The notes under the pieces: generated by a model
Database searches by the model: none
Told to the model about the DNA's origin: nothing
What the model saw: only the letters and a program-made list of their open reading frames with translations
Source of the DNA: Deferribacterales bacterium
GTDB lineage: Bacteria; Chrysiogenota; Deferribacteres; Deferribacterales; Geovibrionaceae
Direction: 5' to 3'
Length of the DNA stretch: 60,538 bases
NCBI GenBank assembly: GCA_050253335.1
Contig: JBFWJG010000007.1
Coordinates: 1-60,538 of the forward strand
In this document: positions 8,405 to 16,841 of the stretch, in pieces
Layout: each line of letters opens with the position of its first letter
How positions within the stretch are numbered: the first letter of the stretch is position 1
Made by a program: the position numbers and the translations under genes

Positions 8405-9325
8405 TCAAAATAATCTTTTCCGGCGTTCTGTGAGCAGTTTTAAATATTTTTCCTTCATGCCTGCGGAAAGAAAGCTGATTTCAATTATCTTCCCCCACTC
8501 CGCAGAAACAGATTCAAGCGATGACAGTGCCTTATCAATCACCCTCTCATTCAGACCAAGCCTTTCTTTCCCGAAATAATCCACAAGGTCGGCTTTGGTT
8601 ATTCTGTTCTTTTTGGCTCTAATCGGCAATGCAAGTTCTTCTATAGGGTTAGGAATGGCTATTGTCGTACTCAAAAGATCATAAACAGGTGAAATCTGAA
8701 CTTTACCGCCTTCATATATCAGCGAAAAGTTTTTCAGGTGCATATCCTCATTCCCTGTGATAAATGAAAACAGGGTCAGCTTAAAAAGCTTCTCTTTTTC
8801 TATCTGCGGGAAAGTGCAGTATTTTTCTATTATTTTCGCCACCTGCTCCATGCTGGAGCGGTATTTGGTATCCCGTGTCGCTCCGGACAGCTGGGCAAAA
8901 TCCTCAACAGACAGTTTCCTGTTTTTCCCAGCACGGTCAAAACGCTTAATTACATACGTTAGTGCTCCGTCTTTGCCGTATATCATGAAATGGAGCGGCA
9001 CATCCAGCCCGTAAGATTTTGCAAGCCTCATTGTCAGGTCTTCATTTTCGGGCAGTTCAGGGTAATCGGCTGACTGCGGCTTTAGAATGTACTGCCCGCC
9101 CCTGTCCGTAAGCTCAAAAACGCCTCCCTTGACATTTAGCCTTGCGGACAGCTTCGGCTGAACGCCTTGAATAGACATTTTTTCAGACCTTGCCGCAGCC
9201 TCAATGCGGAGCTCGTCTTTAGTGTAGGGCAGTTCATGCAGTTCTTTCAAACTACGATTTATGGTTTTCAAACCCGCTTCACTGTATCTGTAATTCGTCT
9301 CTTCGTAGGTAACCGGGCATCTCAT
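8405..9325 (-). CDS. hipT: HipA-family Ser/Thr kinase toxin (HipT-type, lacks HipA N-terminal subdomain)
   Basis: MSIQGVQPK Gly-rich loop, YILKP, RFDR, EDFAQL, GNEDMHLKNFS, SPVYDL. Confidence 0.88.
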   Translation of the reverse strand: MRCPVTYEETNYRYSEAGLKTINRSLKELHELPYTKDELRIEAAARSEKMSIQGVQPKLSARLNVKGGVFELTDRGGQYILKPQSADYPELPENEDLTMRLAKSYGLDVPLHFMIYGKDGALTYVIKRFDRAGKNRKLSVEDFAQLSGATRDTKYRSSMEQVAKIIEKYCTFPQIEKEKLFKLTLFSFITGNEDMHLKNFSLIYEGGKVQISPVYDLLSTTIAIPNPIEELALPIRAKKNRITKADLVDYFGKERLGLNERVIDKALSSLESVSAEWGKIIEISFLSAGMKEKYLKLLTERRKRLF

Positions 9326-9630
9326 TCCGCCACCTCTTCCACAGTGACAGAGCCGACAAGATCAGCCCCCACAGCCATTAATTGTGCAAAAGAATCGTTG
9401 CGGTCGATCTTGAGTCTTCTCAGCAGTGATTCAAGCTGGTAACCCTCCGGAAGAAGTCCGTCGAAAAAAGGCGGGAAATCATCAAACTGATAAGATTTAC
9501 CTGCCACAGGAAGTGTGAGTGAAACTGCTGTGCCGCCGTAATCAGGAAGATATTTAAATTCGTAACCGCGTTCAGTCTCAGTGAGAAATCCGGCAGGTAT
9601 CCCCTGTTGGTATACAAGCGCCTTACGCAT
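9322..9630 (-). CDS. hipS: HipA N-terminal (Couple_hipA) protein, HipS-type antitoxin
   Basis: AG.L...YEFKY...VSLTLP...PPFFDGLLPEG...D.VGSV; overlaps hipT start. Confidence 0.85.
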   Translation of the reverse strand: MRKALVYQQGIPAGFLTETERGYEFKYLPDYGGTAVSLTLPVAGKSYQFDDFPPFFDGLLPEGYQLESLLRRLKIDRNDSFAQLMAVGADLVGSVTVEEVAE

Positions 9631-9832
9631 CTTTACCGCCTAACGGAGAAATGTATTTCACTTTAATATTAAGGATGTGCAGAACCTTTAAAATATTTTC
9701 GTATCTGATTGTCATTTTGCCTTTTTCAAGATCATATATGAGGTTTTTCGCAACACCGGCATGTTCCGCAAGCTCTTTCTGTGTCAGCCCAGCCGCCTTC
9801 CTTGCATCTTTAATTATCTCAGCAAGTTCCAT
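9623..9832 (-). CDS. hipB: XRE HTH regulator, HipB-type
   Basis: ARKAAGLTQKELAEHAGVAKNLIYDLEKGK; ATG 9832 after GGAGG. Confidence 0.85.
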   Translation of the reverse strand: MELAEIIKDARKAAGLTQKELAEHAGVAKNLIYDLEKGKMTIRYENILKVLHILNIKVKYISPLGGKDA

Positions 9833-9837
9833 CCAGA

Positions 9838-9996
9838 TACCCTCCATAAAGGGAAAATTTCATGTTTATAGATATTATTAACCCAGAAGCAATAAAAAAC
9901 AAGTATTTTACCGTTATAAAGGGAATTTTATCTGATTATCATCAGAGAGAGCTAAAAAAGCTGTTGATTGGCAGCATATTCCCATTATAAAGGGAA
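9838..9996. promoter_or_regulatory. Three HipB-type operators (TTCCC-N8-GGGAA consensus)
   Basis: TACCC-tccataaa-GGGAA (9838), TTACC-gttataaa-GGGAA (9908), TTCCC-attataaa-GGGAA (9979); 70-71 bp spacing. Confidence 0.7.
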
Positions 9997-10164
9997 AATT
10001 TGACAGACGAATGGTGTCGGTATGGATATGTGGAGATTATAATATTAAAATCTATGTGATTATTTATGTGACTGCCCTAAATAATCGAAATAAACTATGA
10101 CAGCTTGTACAACTTTTTCAGTAACATAAAAGCATTCTGGATTTGTTGCGCCAAAAACCTGAGA

Positions 10165-11442
10165 TCACCCCAGCAGCCACTTCCAGAGCGGCAGAATATG
10201 TATAGTCCGGTCATCTTGCTGAAATGTTTCCTCTTCATCAGCAGTGATAAGATAAGCCTCGCTCATTTTAAAATATTCCATTGCTTCAAGAAGCCCGTTT
10301 AGTTCACGTTCTCTTGTTTTGGGGCTGTCAATTTTATAGCTGACATTTACCAGAGTCTTTTTACCTTCTGCAACGCAGTAGAAATCTACTTCATGTTTTC
10401 CGCTGTAGTAGTAGATCTCAGCCGTCTGTCTGCGAAGATGCAGAAACACGGCATTTTCGTATAGTTTACTGAAATCGTACGTAACAAAAGCATCGTAAAC
10501 TCCCTTAAAACCGTTATCCACTGAATATATTTTTCTGGGGTTGCGGTTTTCTTCCTTTATACTGTTTCTGAAAACAGGAATGCTGAAAACAGCATAAGCG
10601 TCTTCCAGATATGAATAATAATCAAAAACTGTATCCTTGCTGAGTTTATACCCCTGTGATTTCAGATCATTGTAAAGCTTGTTCAGGCTCACAAGTGTGC
10701 CTATATTGCAAAAGCTGTATTTTATTATATGCTTGAGCAGGCTATTATTTTTTACTCCATATCTCTCCACTATATCCTTATAGACTATAAGATCCAGATA
10801 ATCCCTGAGAATGCGTCTTTTTATATCAGCAGACTGCAATACTGTTTCAGGAAATCCGCCGTCTGTGAGATACTCACTAAGAGCGTTTTTTATATAGCTT
10901 ACGGAATCTGAACTGTTGAAATTGACCTTTATACCTTTTGCTTTTAAAAAATCTGCAAAAGAGTAAGGGAAAATTTCATAAGTGAGGGTTCTGCCCCTGA
11001 GCGATGTGGCTATCTCCTTACTGAGAAGCTTTGAGGAAGAACCTGTGACAAAAACCCGTATGTTCAGGGTATCGTATATTCTCCGCACGTATCTTTCCCA
11101 TCCGGCAATGTTCTGCACCTCATCAAGGAAGACATATACTGTTTCATGCCTTTTTTTAGGATGCATCTCATAATAACCCTCCATAATATGATTCAGATCT
11201 CCCAATTCTGTGGGAAATAGGCGGTCGTCCTCAAAGTTTACATAGATTATATTTTCGGAAGGAACCTTTTTCTTGAGGGAGTTTATAATATCAAAAAGAA
11301 TACTTGTCTTTCCGCAGCGCCGCACACCTACTAAAGAGACTATCTTTCCGCTGTCCACTGGAATATTATATTCTCTGGATATGATATTATCCGGTTTGCG
11401 TTCCTGAAAGTCAGTGATAAGGGTTTTAAAGGTTTCTCTCAT
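10165..11442 (-). CDS. AAA_14 / DUF4143 ATP-binding protein
   Basis: Walker A GVRRCGKT, Walker B FLDEVQ, TGSSS, LRGR, GGFP, PRKIY..DNG, C-terminal EN.VF...EVDF nuclease-like module; ATG 11442 after GGAGG. Confidence 0.9.
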   Translation of the reverse strand: MRETFKTLITDFQERKPDNIISREYNIPVDSGKIVSLVGVRRCGKTSILFDIINSLKKKVPSENIIYVNFEDDRLFPTELGDLNHIMEGYYEMHPKKRHETVYVFLDEVQNIAGWERYVRRIYDTLNIRVFVTGSSSKLLSKEIATSLRGRTLTYEIFPYSFADFLKAKGIKVNFNSSDSVSYIKNALSEYLTDGGFPETVLQSADIKRRILRDYLDLIVYKDIVERYGVKNNSLLKHIIKYSFCNIGTLVSLNKLYNDLKSQGYKLSKDTVFDYYSYLEDAYAVFSIPVFRNSIKEENRNPRKIYSVDNGFKGVYDAFVTYDFSKLYENAVFLHLRRQTAEIYYYSGKHEVDFYCVAEGKKTLVNVSYKIDSPKTRERELNGLLEAMEYFKMSEAYLITADEEETFQQDDRTIHILPLWKWLLG

Positions 11443-11537
11443 GTTTATCCTCCCATACAAGGATAAATATAAGTATATTTATCCTTCTTGACAAGGACAA
11501 ATAAGTCGATTTCTATCCTTCCTAACAAGGATAAAAT
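11443..11537. repeat. Three palindromic units at exactly 34-bp period (TATCCT-N8-AGGATA)
   Basis: TATCC starts at 11446, 11480 and 11514: tttatcct-cccataca-aggataaa; tttatcct-tcttgaca-aggacaaa; tctatcct-tcctaaca-aggataaa. Confidence 0.85.
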
Positions 11538-11538
11538 C

Positions 11539-12288
11539 TCAATACCCCAGACAACCTCTGCATCCGTTGTACTGGCTGTCGGGGAGAACTTCTATCCTGC
11601 GTCCCGCCATTTCACTGAGAAAGTGAATAAGCGCGCTGTTCGCAGCGACTCCGCCCGCGGCGAAGATTTTCTCAGCTCTGAATTTTTTCATAAGCGGGTA
11701 CAGCCTGCGGGCTATGGATTCGTTAACGCCCGCCCCTATTTCCTCCGTTGTGTAGCCTTCGGCTATTTTGCCGATTATTTCACTTTCGGAAAATATGGCG
11801 CAGGTGGAGCTGAGCTTCACGGGGTTTTCCGTCATTTCCGCAAGCTCGTCCAAAGTTATCCGCAGTATGCCGCATGCGTTCTCCAGAAAGCGCCCTGTGC
11901 TCGCGGCGCATTTATCGTTCATCACGAAATCTTCAATATATCCGTTCTGCACGCAGATAACCTTGCTGTCCTGCCCGCCGACATCAACCAGAACAAAGTC
12001 CCTCTCTTTTGTGACTTCAAGTGCGCCTTTGAAGTGCGCTTTTATCTCGGAGATTACGTTAGCGTTTGCAAAATTAAGCAGGTTGCGGCCGTAACCCGTT
12101 GCGGTTATTGAATCTGCATGTTCAAGTCCGGCGGCGTCCAGATCTATGACGAGCCCTTCCGCGCCTCGCCTGACGAATGAGCGGTAAAACTCCGCCGTGT
12201 CCCACCTGCGGTAGGTGATTTCGCCGTCTTTCAGAAAGGCGAGCTTGACATACCTGCTGCCGAGGTCTATTCCCGCTTTAACGGTCAT
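11539..12288 (-). CDS. ATP-dependent CoA-substrate enzyme activase (BcrAD/BadFG/HgdC, ASKHA family)
   Basis: GIDLGS, ATGYGR, DVGGQDSK, MNDKCAASTG, STCAIF, GGVA. Confidence 0.9.
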   Translation of the reverse strand: MTVKAGIDLGSRYVKLAFLKDGEITYRRWDTAEFYRSFVRRGAEGLVIDLDAAGLEHADSITATGYGRNLLNFANANVISEIKAHFKGALEVTKERDFVLVDVGGQDSKVICVQNGYIEDFVMNDKCAASTGRFLENACGILRITLDELAEMTENPVKLSSTCAIFSESEIIGKIAEGYTTEEIGAGVNESIARRLYPLMKKFRAEKIFAAGGVAANSALIHFLSEMAGRRIEVLPDSQYNGCRGCLGY

Positions 12289-13276
12289 TTTTCCGTGCCT
12301 CCAGCATCTCTATGAATGATTCTATGCGTATTTTCGTCCGTGCGTCTATGCCGGAGGGGGAATCTCCCTCTATGGTGAGCACGGGCACGTCCATATGCTT
12401 TCTGATGGTGATGTCCTGCATCTGGCGGTAGCAGAACGACTGCACGTAGTGTATCAGCCCGTCTATTCGGCGCTCTGCCGTCTGCTTCCTGATGTCCTGT
12501 ATGCGCCCGAAAACGTCATACGGATAAGTGTATTCTGCGTATCTTGATATATAATCCGGATTTGTGCTGGGGATGGCGAACTGCCGCTGTATCTCGTTGA
12601 AAACAACGGATGCCCCCTTCTCCTCTATGAAGCCGTACATATCGTCAAAAATGGTGGGAACGCCAAGAACTCCAAGGCGTATCTTCCGCTCTGCACTGCC
12701 TCGCGCTTCTATCTCCGCCAGTTTCGCATCAAGCTCCGCCTCGTATGAAACAGGCTCCGTATTAAAATCGGTGGAGGTCACAAGCCAGAGGTGGTTTTCA
12801 AACCCTGATGCCTTTTCCTGTGCAGTAAGAGCGTCCAGCCTGCGGAGCTTCGCACGGATGGGGTCTGTGCGCTTTGTGTATTCCTCTGCGGCTTCGTATG
12901 TTGTGCCGAGGGATTTTGCCAGCGACCGGAACTCACGCTCAAGAAAACTGCGCCTGTCCTCCTTGCCGAAGGGGTAGGCGAAGCTGTGAACGGGGATTCC
13001 GTGCTCCATGAAGAGTTCAGCCAGTGCGTGGGAGTTGCTGCAGTCTCCCTCGGTAACGGCGATGACCTCGTCAATACTGCCTCTGATTACGGCGGTGTAT
13101 ATCCCCTTGATCCAAGCGCAGATGTTGCGGGGAAGGCCTTCCGTCTCCGCGTAGTCGATAAAAGCCGTCGGGTCTTTGTCGGTTATGAATATATTGTTGA
13201 GATCAACCGGAACATGCCCGGCGGCGAGGATTATTTCAACGGGGATTGTGGTGGTGAAGCCTATGCGTTTTTTCAT
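12278..13276 (-). CDS. 2-hydroxyacyl-CoA dehydratase family (HGD-D) Fe-S protein
   Basis: PVEIILAAG, NICAWIKG, GDCSN, SFCYR, PVLTIEGD, RIESFIEML. Confidence 0.85.
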   Translation of the reverse strand: MKKRIGFTTTIPVEIILAAGHVPVDLNNIFITDKDPTAFIDYAETEGLPRNICAWIKGIYTAVIRGSIDEVIAVTEGDCSNSHALAELFMEHGIPVHSFAYPFGKEDRRSFLEREFRSLAKSLGTTYEAAEEYTKRTDPIRAKLRRLDALTAQEKASGFENHLWLVTSTDFNTEPVSYEAELDAKLAEIEARGSAERKIRLGVLGVPTIFDDMYGFIEEKGASVVFNEIQRQFAIPSTNPDYISRYAEYTYPYDVFGRIQDIRKQTAERRIDGLIHYVQSFCYRQMQDITIRKHMDVPVLTIEGDSPSGIDARTKIRIESFIEMLEARKNDR

Positions 13277-13578
13277 GTAAGGCTGAAGTCTATATACCTG
13301 CGGACTTCCTTATGAAGCCCTCTTCTGTTGCGGAAGATGATTCCGTTTTCCTCAAACATTCTGTCCATCTCGGCGAAGTCCACCAGATCGTAAATTTCAT
13401 CAGTTACCATATCTTTAAGTCTGTAAACCTTTGTGGTTTCGTTTTTTGCCTCAAGGGAGCATTCCAGATCCTTTTTCTTCTTATAAATATGGACATGAAA
13501 AATGCCGCCCTTTTCCTCAAAGCGCACTTCTTCCCATGTCATGTCCTCGCGGACAAGCATCCACCTTTCCTGATACAT
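13273..13578 (-). CDS. Hypothetical protein
   Basis: 101 aa; AGGTGA RBS; stop overlaps next start. Confidence 0.7.
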   Translation of the reverse strand: MYQERWMLVREDMTWEEVRFEEKGGIFHVHIYKKKKDLECSLEAKNETTKVYRLKDMVTDEIYDLVDFAEMDRMFEENGIIFRNRRGLHKEVRRYIDFSLT

Positions 13579-13651
13579 AAATCACCTGTTAAAAAAGTAA
13601 GAACGGGGATAAATATACGCACATATGCTCTGAAAAACAAGCCTAGGCGGG

Positions 13652-13948
13652 TTATTTTTTTATCTTCTTATTTTCTCTGTAGATTGCGGCGTATTTCTCA
13701 ATATCCTTGAGCAGTCTCACATTGTACTGACCTTCGAACTGCTCCGAGGTTTTCTGCCCCATGACTATATCAAAAAGATCGTTATCGAAAATTCTGAGAA
13801 GCAGCTCGCAAAGCTCCTCCATGTCCTGCTCGGTGTAGTGCGCGGGAAGATTGTGCTCCACAAACTCGCGGACAATCATTTCGTTCTCAAGCATGGCGCG
13901 CCTTGCAGCGAGAAAGAGAGCTTTTTTAAAAAGAGGAGTGTCTTTCAT
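13652..13948 (-). CDS. sdhE: SdhE/Sdh5-like flavinylation (assembly) factor
   Basis: K.ALFLAARRAMLENEMIV..F...L...LL...DNDLFD.VMG resembles the Sdh5 consensus; RGxxE motif reads RAxxE. Confidence 0.65.
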   Translation of the reverse strand: MKDTPLFKKALFLAARRAMLENEMIVREFVEHNLPAHYTEQDMEELCELLLRIFDNDLFDIVMGQKTSEQFEGQYNVRLLKDIEKYAAIYRENKKIKK

Positions 13949-16770
13949 CCGTTATTACCGCCCTTCAAATGTTTTTGCAATGTTTCCCTCATAATATCAA
14001 TACCCACAGGCTTTGCAAGATAATCATCCATTCCCGCCTCCATAAAACGCTCCCTGTCCCCTTTTATGGCGTATGCGGTGAGGGCTATAACGGGCACATG
14101 CTTCAGAAAATTTGTTTTCTCATATTCGTTTATAAGCTTTGCCGCCTCGATTCCGCCGAGTTCCGGCATGTTTATATCCATTATCACAATATCAAACCCG
14201 CCCTGTCTGAACGCCTCCACAGCCTTGCGCCCGTTGTCCACGCAGACACTGTCAACCCCCAGCTCCTTGAGGATCAGCCTCACCATTTTCTGGTTCACGG
14301 GGTTATCTTCCGCAACCAGAGCCATTCCGGAAAACCCGCCTGTTTTGTCGGCCTGTTTTTCATCGGTCTCAGGTTCATCATGCATGTAGCTGATTGCTAT
14401 GTAGACTGATTCATAAATATCCGTAAGTCCGATCGGCTTGAACAGGACAGACGATGCGCGCTTTCTCAGTTCTTCCTCTTCAAACCGTCTGTGCATATCC
14501 ATAACAAGAACTATCGGCACACCTTCGTGCGTGCGGATGCTTTCGAGAAATTTTTCTCTGGTGTTTTCCGAATAAACATAGAAAACCACATCCAGAAAGG
14601 GCAGTTTTTCAATATCGCCGAGGGAAGAGAAATAAACAGCCTCATTCCCGAAGGCCTGAAGACAGCGCATTATCTGACTTTCCGTGACCCCCGGCTCTCC
14701 TGATTCATCATTGAAAAAAACAGCGGAATAGCAGTCGCGGACCCGTTCCGCATCCACAGCAGGCTTAGGGTTAACAACTCTGAAATCAAGCTCAAACCAG
14801 AACACGGAGCCATGCTTATCCGGTCTTTCGAAGCCTATCTCGCCGTGCATTAGCTTAACAATATCCGATGAAACACTGAGGCCGATGCCTCCCAAACCTT
14901 CAAATCTTTCGGCAATTTCTGTGTCATACTCGGAGAAAAGCTTTCTCAGCTCCGCCTCTTTCTCCGCGCTTACGCCTATGCCGCTGTCCTCCACACTGAA
15001 GCGGAGACGGATGGAGTCTGTTCCCTTCCGAACCGATTTTATATTCAGTTTTACATAGCCGCCCGGATAATTGAACTTAACAGCGTTCTCCACAAGGTTT
15101 GAAAGAACCTGACTTATGCGCACAACATCGCCTGAAAGCTCGGAAGGGATGTCGTGGTCTATGCAGAAAGCAAACTCGATTCCGCTCTCCGAAGCCATGA
15201 AGCCGAAAAGCTCGCTCATTGATTCGAACGTGCTCACCGGACTGAACCTGTCATAGTTGAGGTCAAGGCTTCCTGTCTCAAGCTTGGAGAAATCAAGTAT
15301 ATCGTTCACAACCCCCACAAGATTGCTTGAGCTGTGTTTTATGATGCGCAGAAATCTTTTCTGAATTTTATCCAGCTCCGTTCCGTCCAGAAGCTCAATA
15401 AATCCCAGAACACCGGCAAGGGGGGTGCGGAGCTCGTGGCTTATATGCGCGATAAGCTCGGATTTTGTGCTGCTCGCCCTGCGTGCCGCATCCATGGCTT
15501 TTTCAAGCTCAACTGTCTTGCGTCTGTTTTCTTCGGTCATGCGGTTTGCGTAAACGGCAAGCCGGCTGAATTCCTCATAGTTCATGCTGTCCGGATCGAT
15601 GAATGAGCCTTTTTCCGCGGCGCCTGAGAAAAAGTCCAGAAATTTTGCGAACTCGCTCTCCAGTGTGCCTGAAAAACGCTTCGCTATCAGATACGCGGCG
15701 GCAAAGACTATCATGAACGAAAGAGCGACGATAGCCATGGACTGAAGCAGCCCCTTCTGAAGCTCCTGCTTGCCCTCGTCAATTATCTTCCGCACATCAT
15801 CAACATATATCGCAAAACCGATAACCCAGTTCCAGTCAGGATATTTCAGATTGTACGAGGCCATGGAGGAAAGGTTTTCCGCTCCTTCCCGCTTCCAGTC
15901 AAAACCGTGGTAGCCCTCCTTCCTTTGTCCGGCAAACTCCAGAATCCCTTTTAGCGCGTGCCGTCTTGCGTCATCTTCAATCTCATCTGTTTTCATTCCG
16001 GCCAGTCCGCTTTCGGAATGGCTCAGAACAGTTCCTGCTTCATCAAGGATATAAAAAAAAGATTTCTCCCCGCCGACAAGATGCTCTATCCGCCGAAGGG
16101 CTTCTCTTTTGACCTCTTCCGTCACATCCTGAACATAGCCGCCTGTACCGATAATCAGTCCGTAGGGCTCAAAATAGCGTACGTAGGATATCTTTCCGTA
16201 GGAGAAGTCGCTCGCCCCGGGCTTTTTCCACTGGTAGGTGACAAATCCGCCGCCTTTCATGGCGGTTTCCTTTATTTCACGGACAACATATCTGCCCCTG
16301 TAGTCTTTCACATCAGAAAGCCTTACGTCCGCAGGCAGGCCGAAATCCCCCTGAATCTGCCTGAAGTTTTTGTCAAAGATAAAGAAATAGCTGTCAGCAC
16401 CGAAGGTGAAATCGGAAAAAGTCTCGGTTATTCTCCGAATCACTTTTTCTTCCGGCTCCGTACTGCCGTATTTACGGTAGATGTTTTCCACAAAGCCGAA
16501 GCCGTATTCCAGCCTGTTTTTAACCTGAGTTTTGAGTTTTTCCTCAGCGAGGCTTTTTTCATTCTCAAGGAAAGTGGCCACAGTGTAAGTCATTGTCTGG
16601 AGACTTTCTTTCCCCTCCCTGAGCAGCCTGGCGTCCACTTCTGCGCTTTTTGCGGCAAAGTCCCTGTACTCGTAGTATGCGAGAAAAGAAGAAAAAAGGA
16701 TGATGAACAGGAAGACAGCGGCAAGGCTTGTCAGAAAGTATGTTCTGCCAAGGGAGTATGATTTTGTCAC
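13945..16770 (-). CDS. Hybrid sensor histidine kinase (Cache sensor, HisKA, HATPase, pseudo-receiver, receiver)
   Basis: Two TMs; GGGFVTYQWKKPG Cache motif; SHELRTPL; NLVENAVKF; DSGIG; AEDNPVN..MDINMP..DDYLAKP. Confidence 0.9.
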   Translation of the reverse strand: MTKSYSLGRTYFLTSLAAVFLFIILFSSFLAYYEYRDFAAKSAEVDARLLREGKESLQTMTYTVATFLENEKSLAEEKLKTQVKNRLEYGFGFVENIYRKYGSTEPEEKVIRRITETFSDFTFGADSYFFIFDKNFRQIQGDFGLPADVRLSDVKDYRGRYVVREIKETAMKGGGFVTYQWKKPGASDFSYGKISYVRYFEPYGLIIGTGGYVQDVTEEVKREALRRIEHLVGGEKSFFYILDEAGTVLSHSESGLAGMKTDEIEDDARRHALKGILEFAGQRKEGYHGFDWKREGAENLSSMASYNLKYPDWNWVIGFAIYVDDVRKIIDEGKQELQKGLLQSMAIVALSFMIVFAAAYLIAKRFSGTLESEFAKFLDFFSGAAEKGSFIDPDSMNYEEFSRLAVYANRMTEENRRKTVELEKAMDAARRASSTKSELIAHISHELRTPLAGVLGFIELLDGTELDKIQKRFLRIIKHSSSNLVGVVNDILDFSKLETGSLDLNYDRFSPVSTFESMSELFGFMASESGIEFAFCIDHDIPSELSGDVVRISQVLSNLVENAVKFNYPGGYVKLNIKSVRKGTDSIRLRFSVEDSGIGVSAEKEAELRKLFSEYDTEIAERFEGLGGIGLSVSSDIVKLMHGEIGFERPDKHGSVFWFELDFRVVNPKPAVDAERVRDCYSAVFFNDESGEPGVTESQIMRCLQAFGNEAVYFSSLGDIEKLPFLDVVFYVYSENTREKFLESIRTHEGVPIVLVMDMHRRFEEEELRKRASSVLFKPIGLTDIYESVYIAISYMHDEPETDEKQADKTGGFSGMALVAEDNPVNQKMVRLILKELGVDSVCVDNGRKAVEAFRQGGFDIVIMDINMPELGGIEAAKLINEYEKTNFLKHVPVIALTAYAIKGDRERFMEAGMDDYLAKPVGIDIMRETLQKHLKGGNNG

Positions 16771-16841
16771 TTTTCACCTAAAATAAATATTTATATGATT
16801 TTAACATTGAAAACAGCAGTTTTCCAAGCATAAGCAGAAAC

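Noticed and set aside
11443..11537. Possible mini-CRISPR array
   Set aside because: Period is only 34 bp, leaving ~10-bp gaps; units are degenerate; no cas genes. Fits operators better.
12278..13276. Double-cubane cluster protein (DCCP)
   Set aside because: Only three Cys are present, too few for a double cubane; the protein is also shorter.
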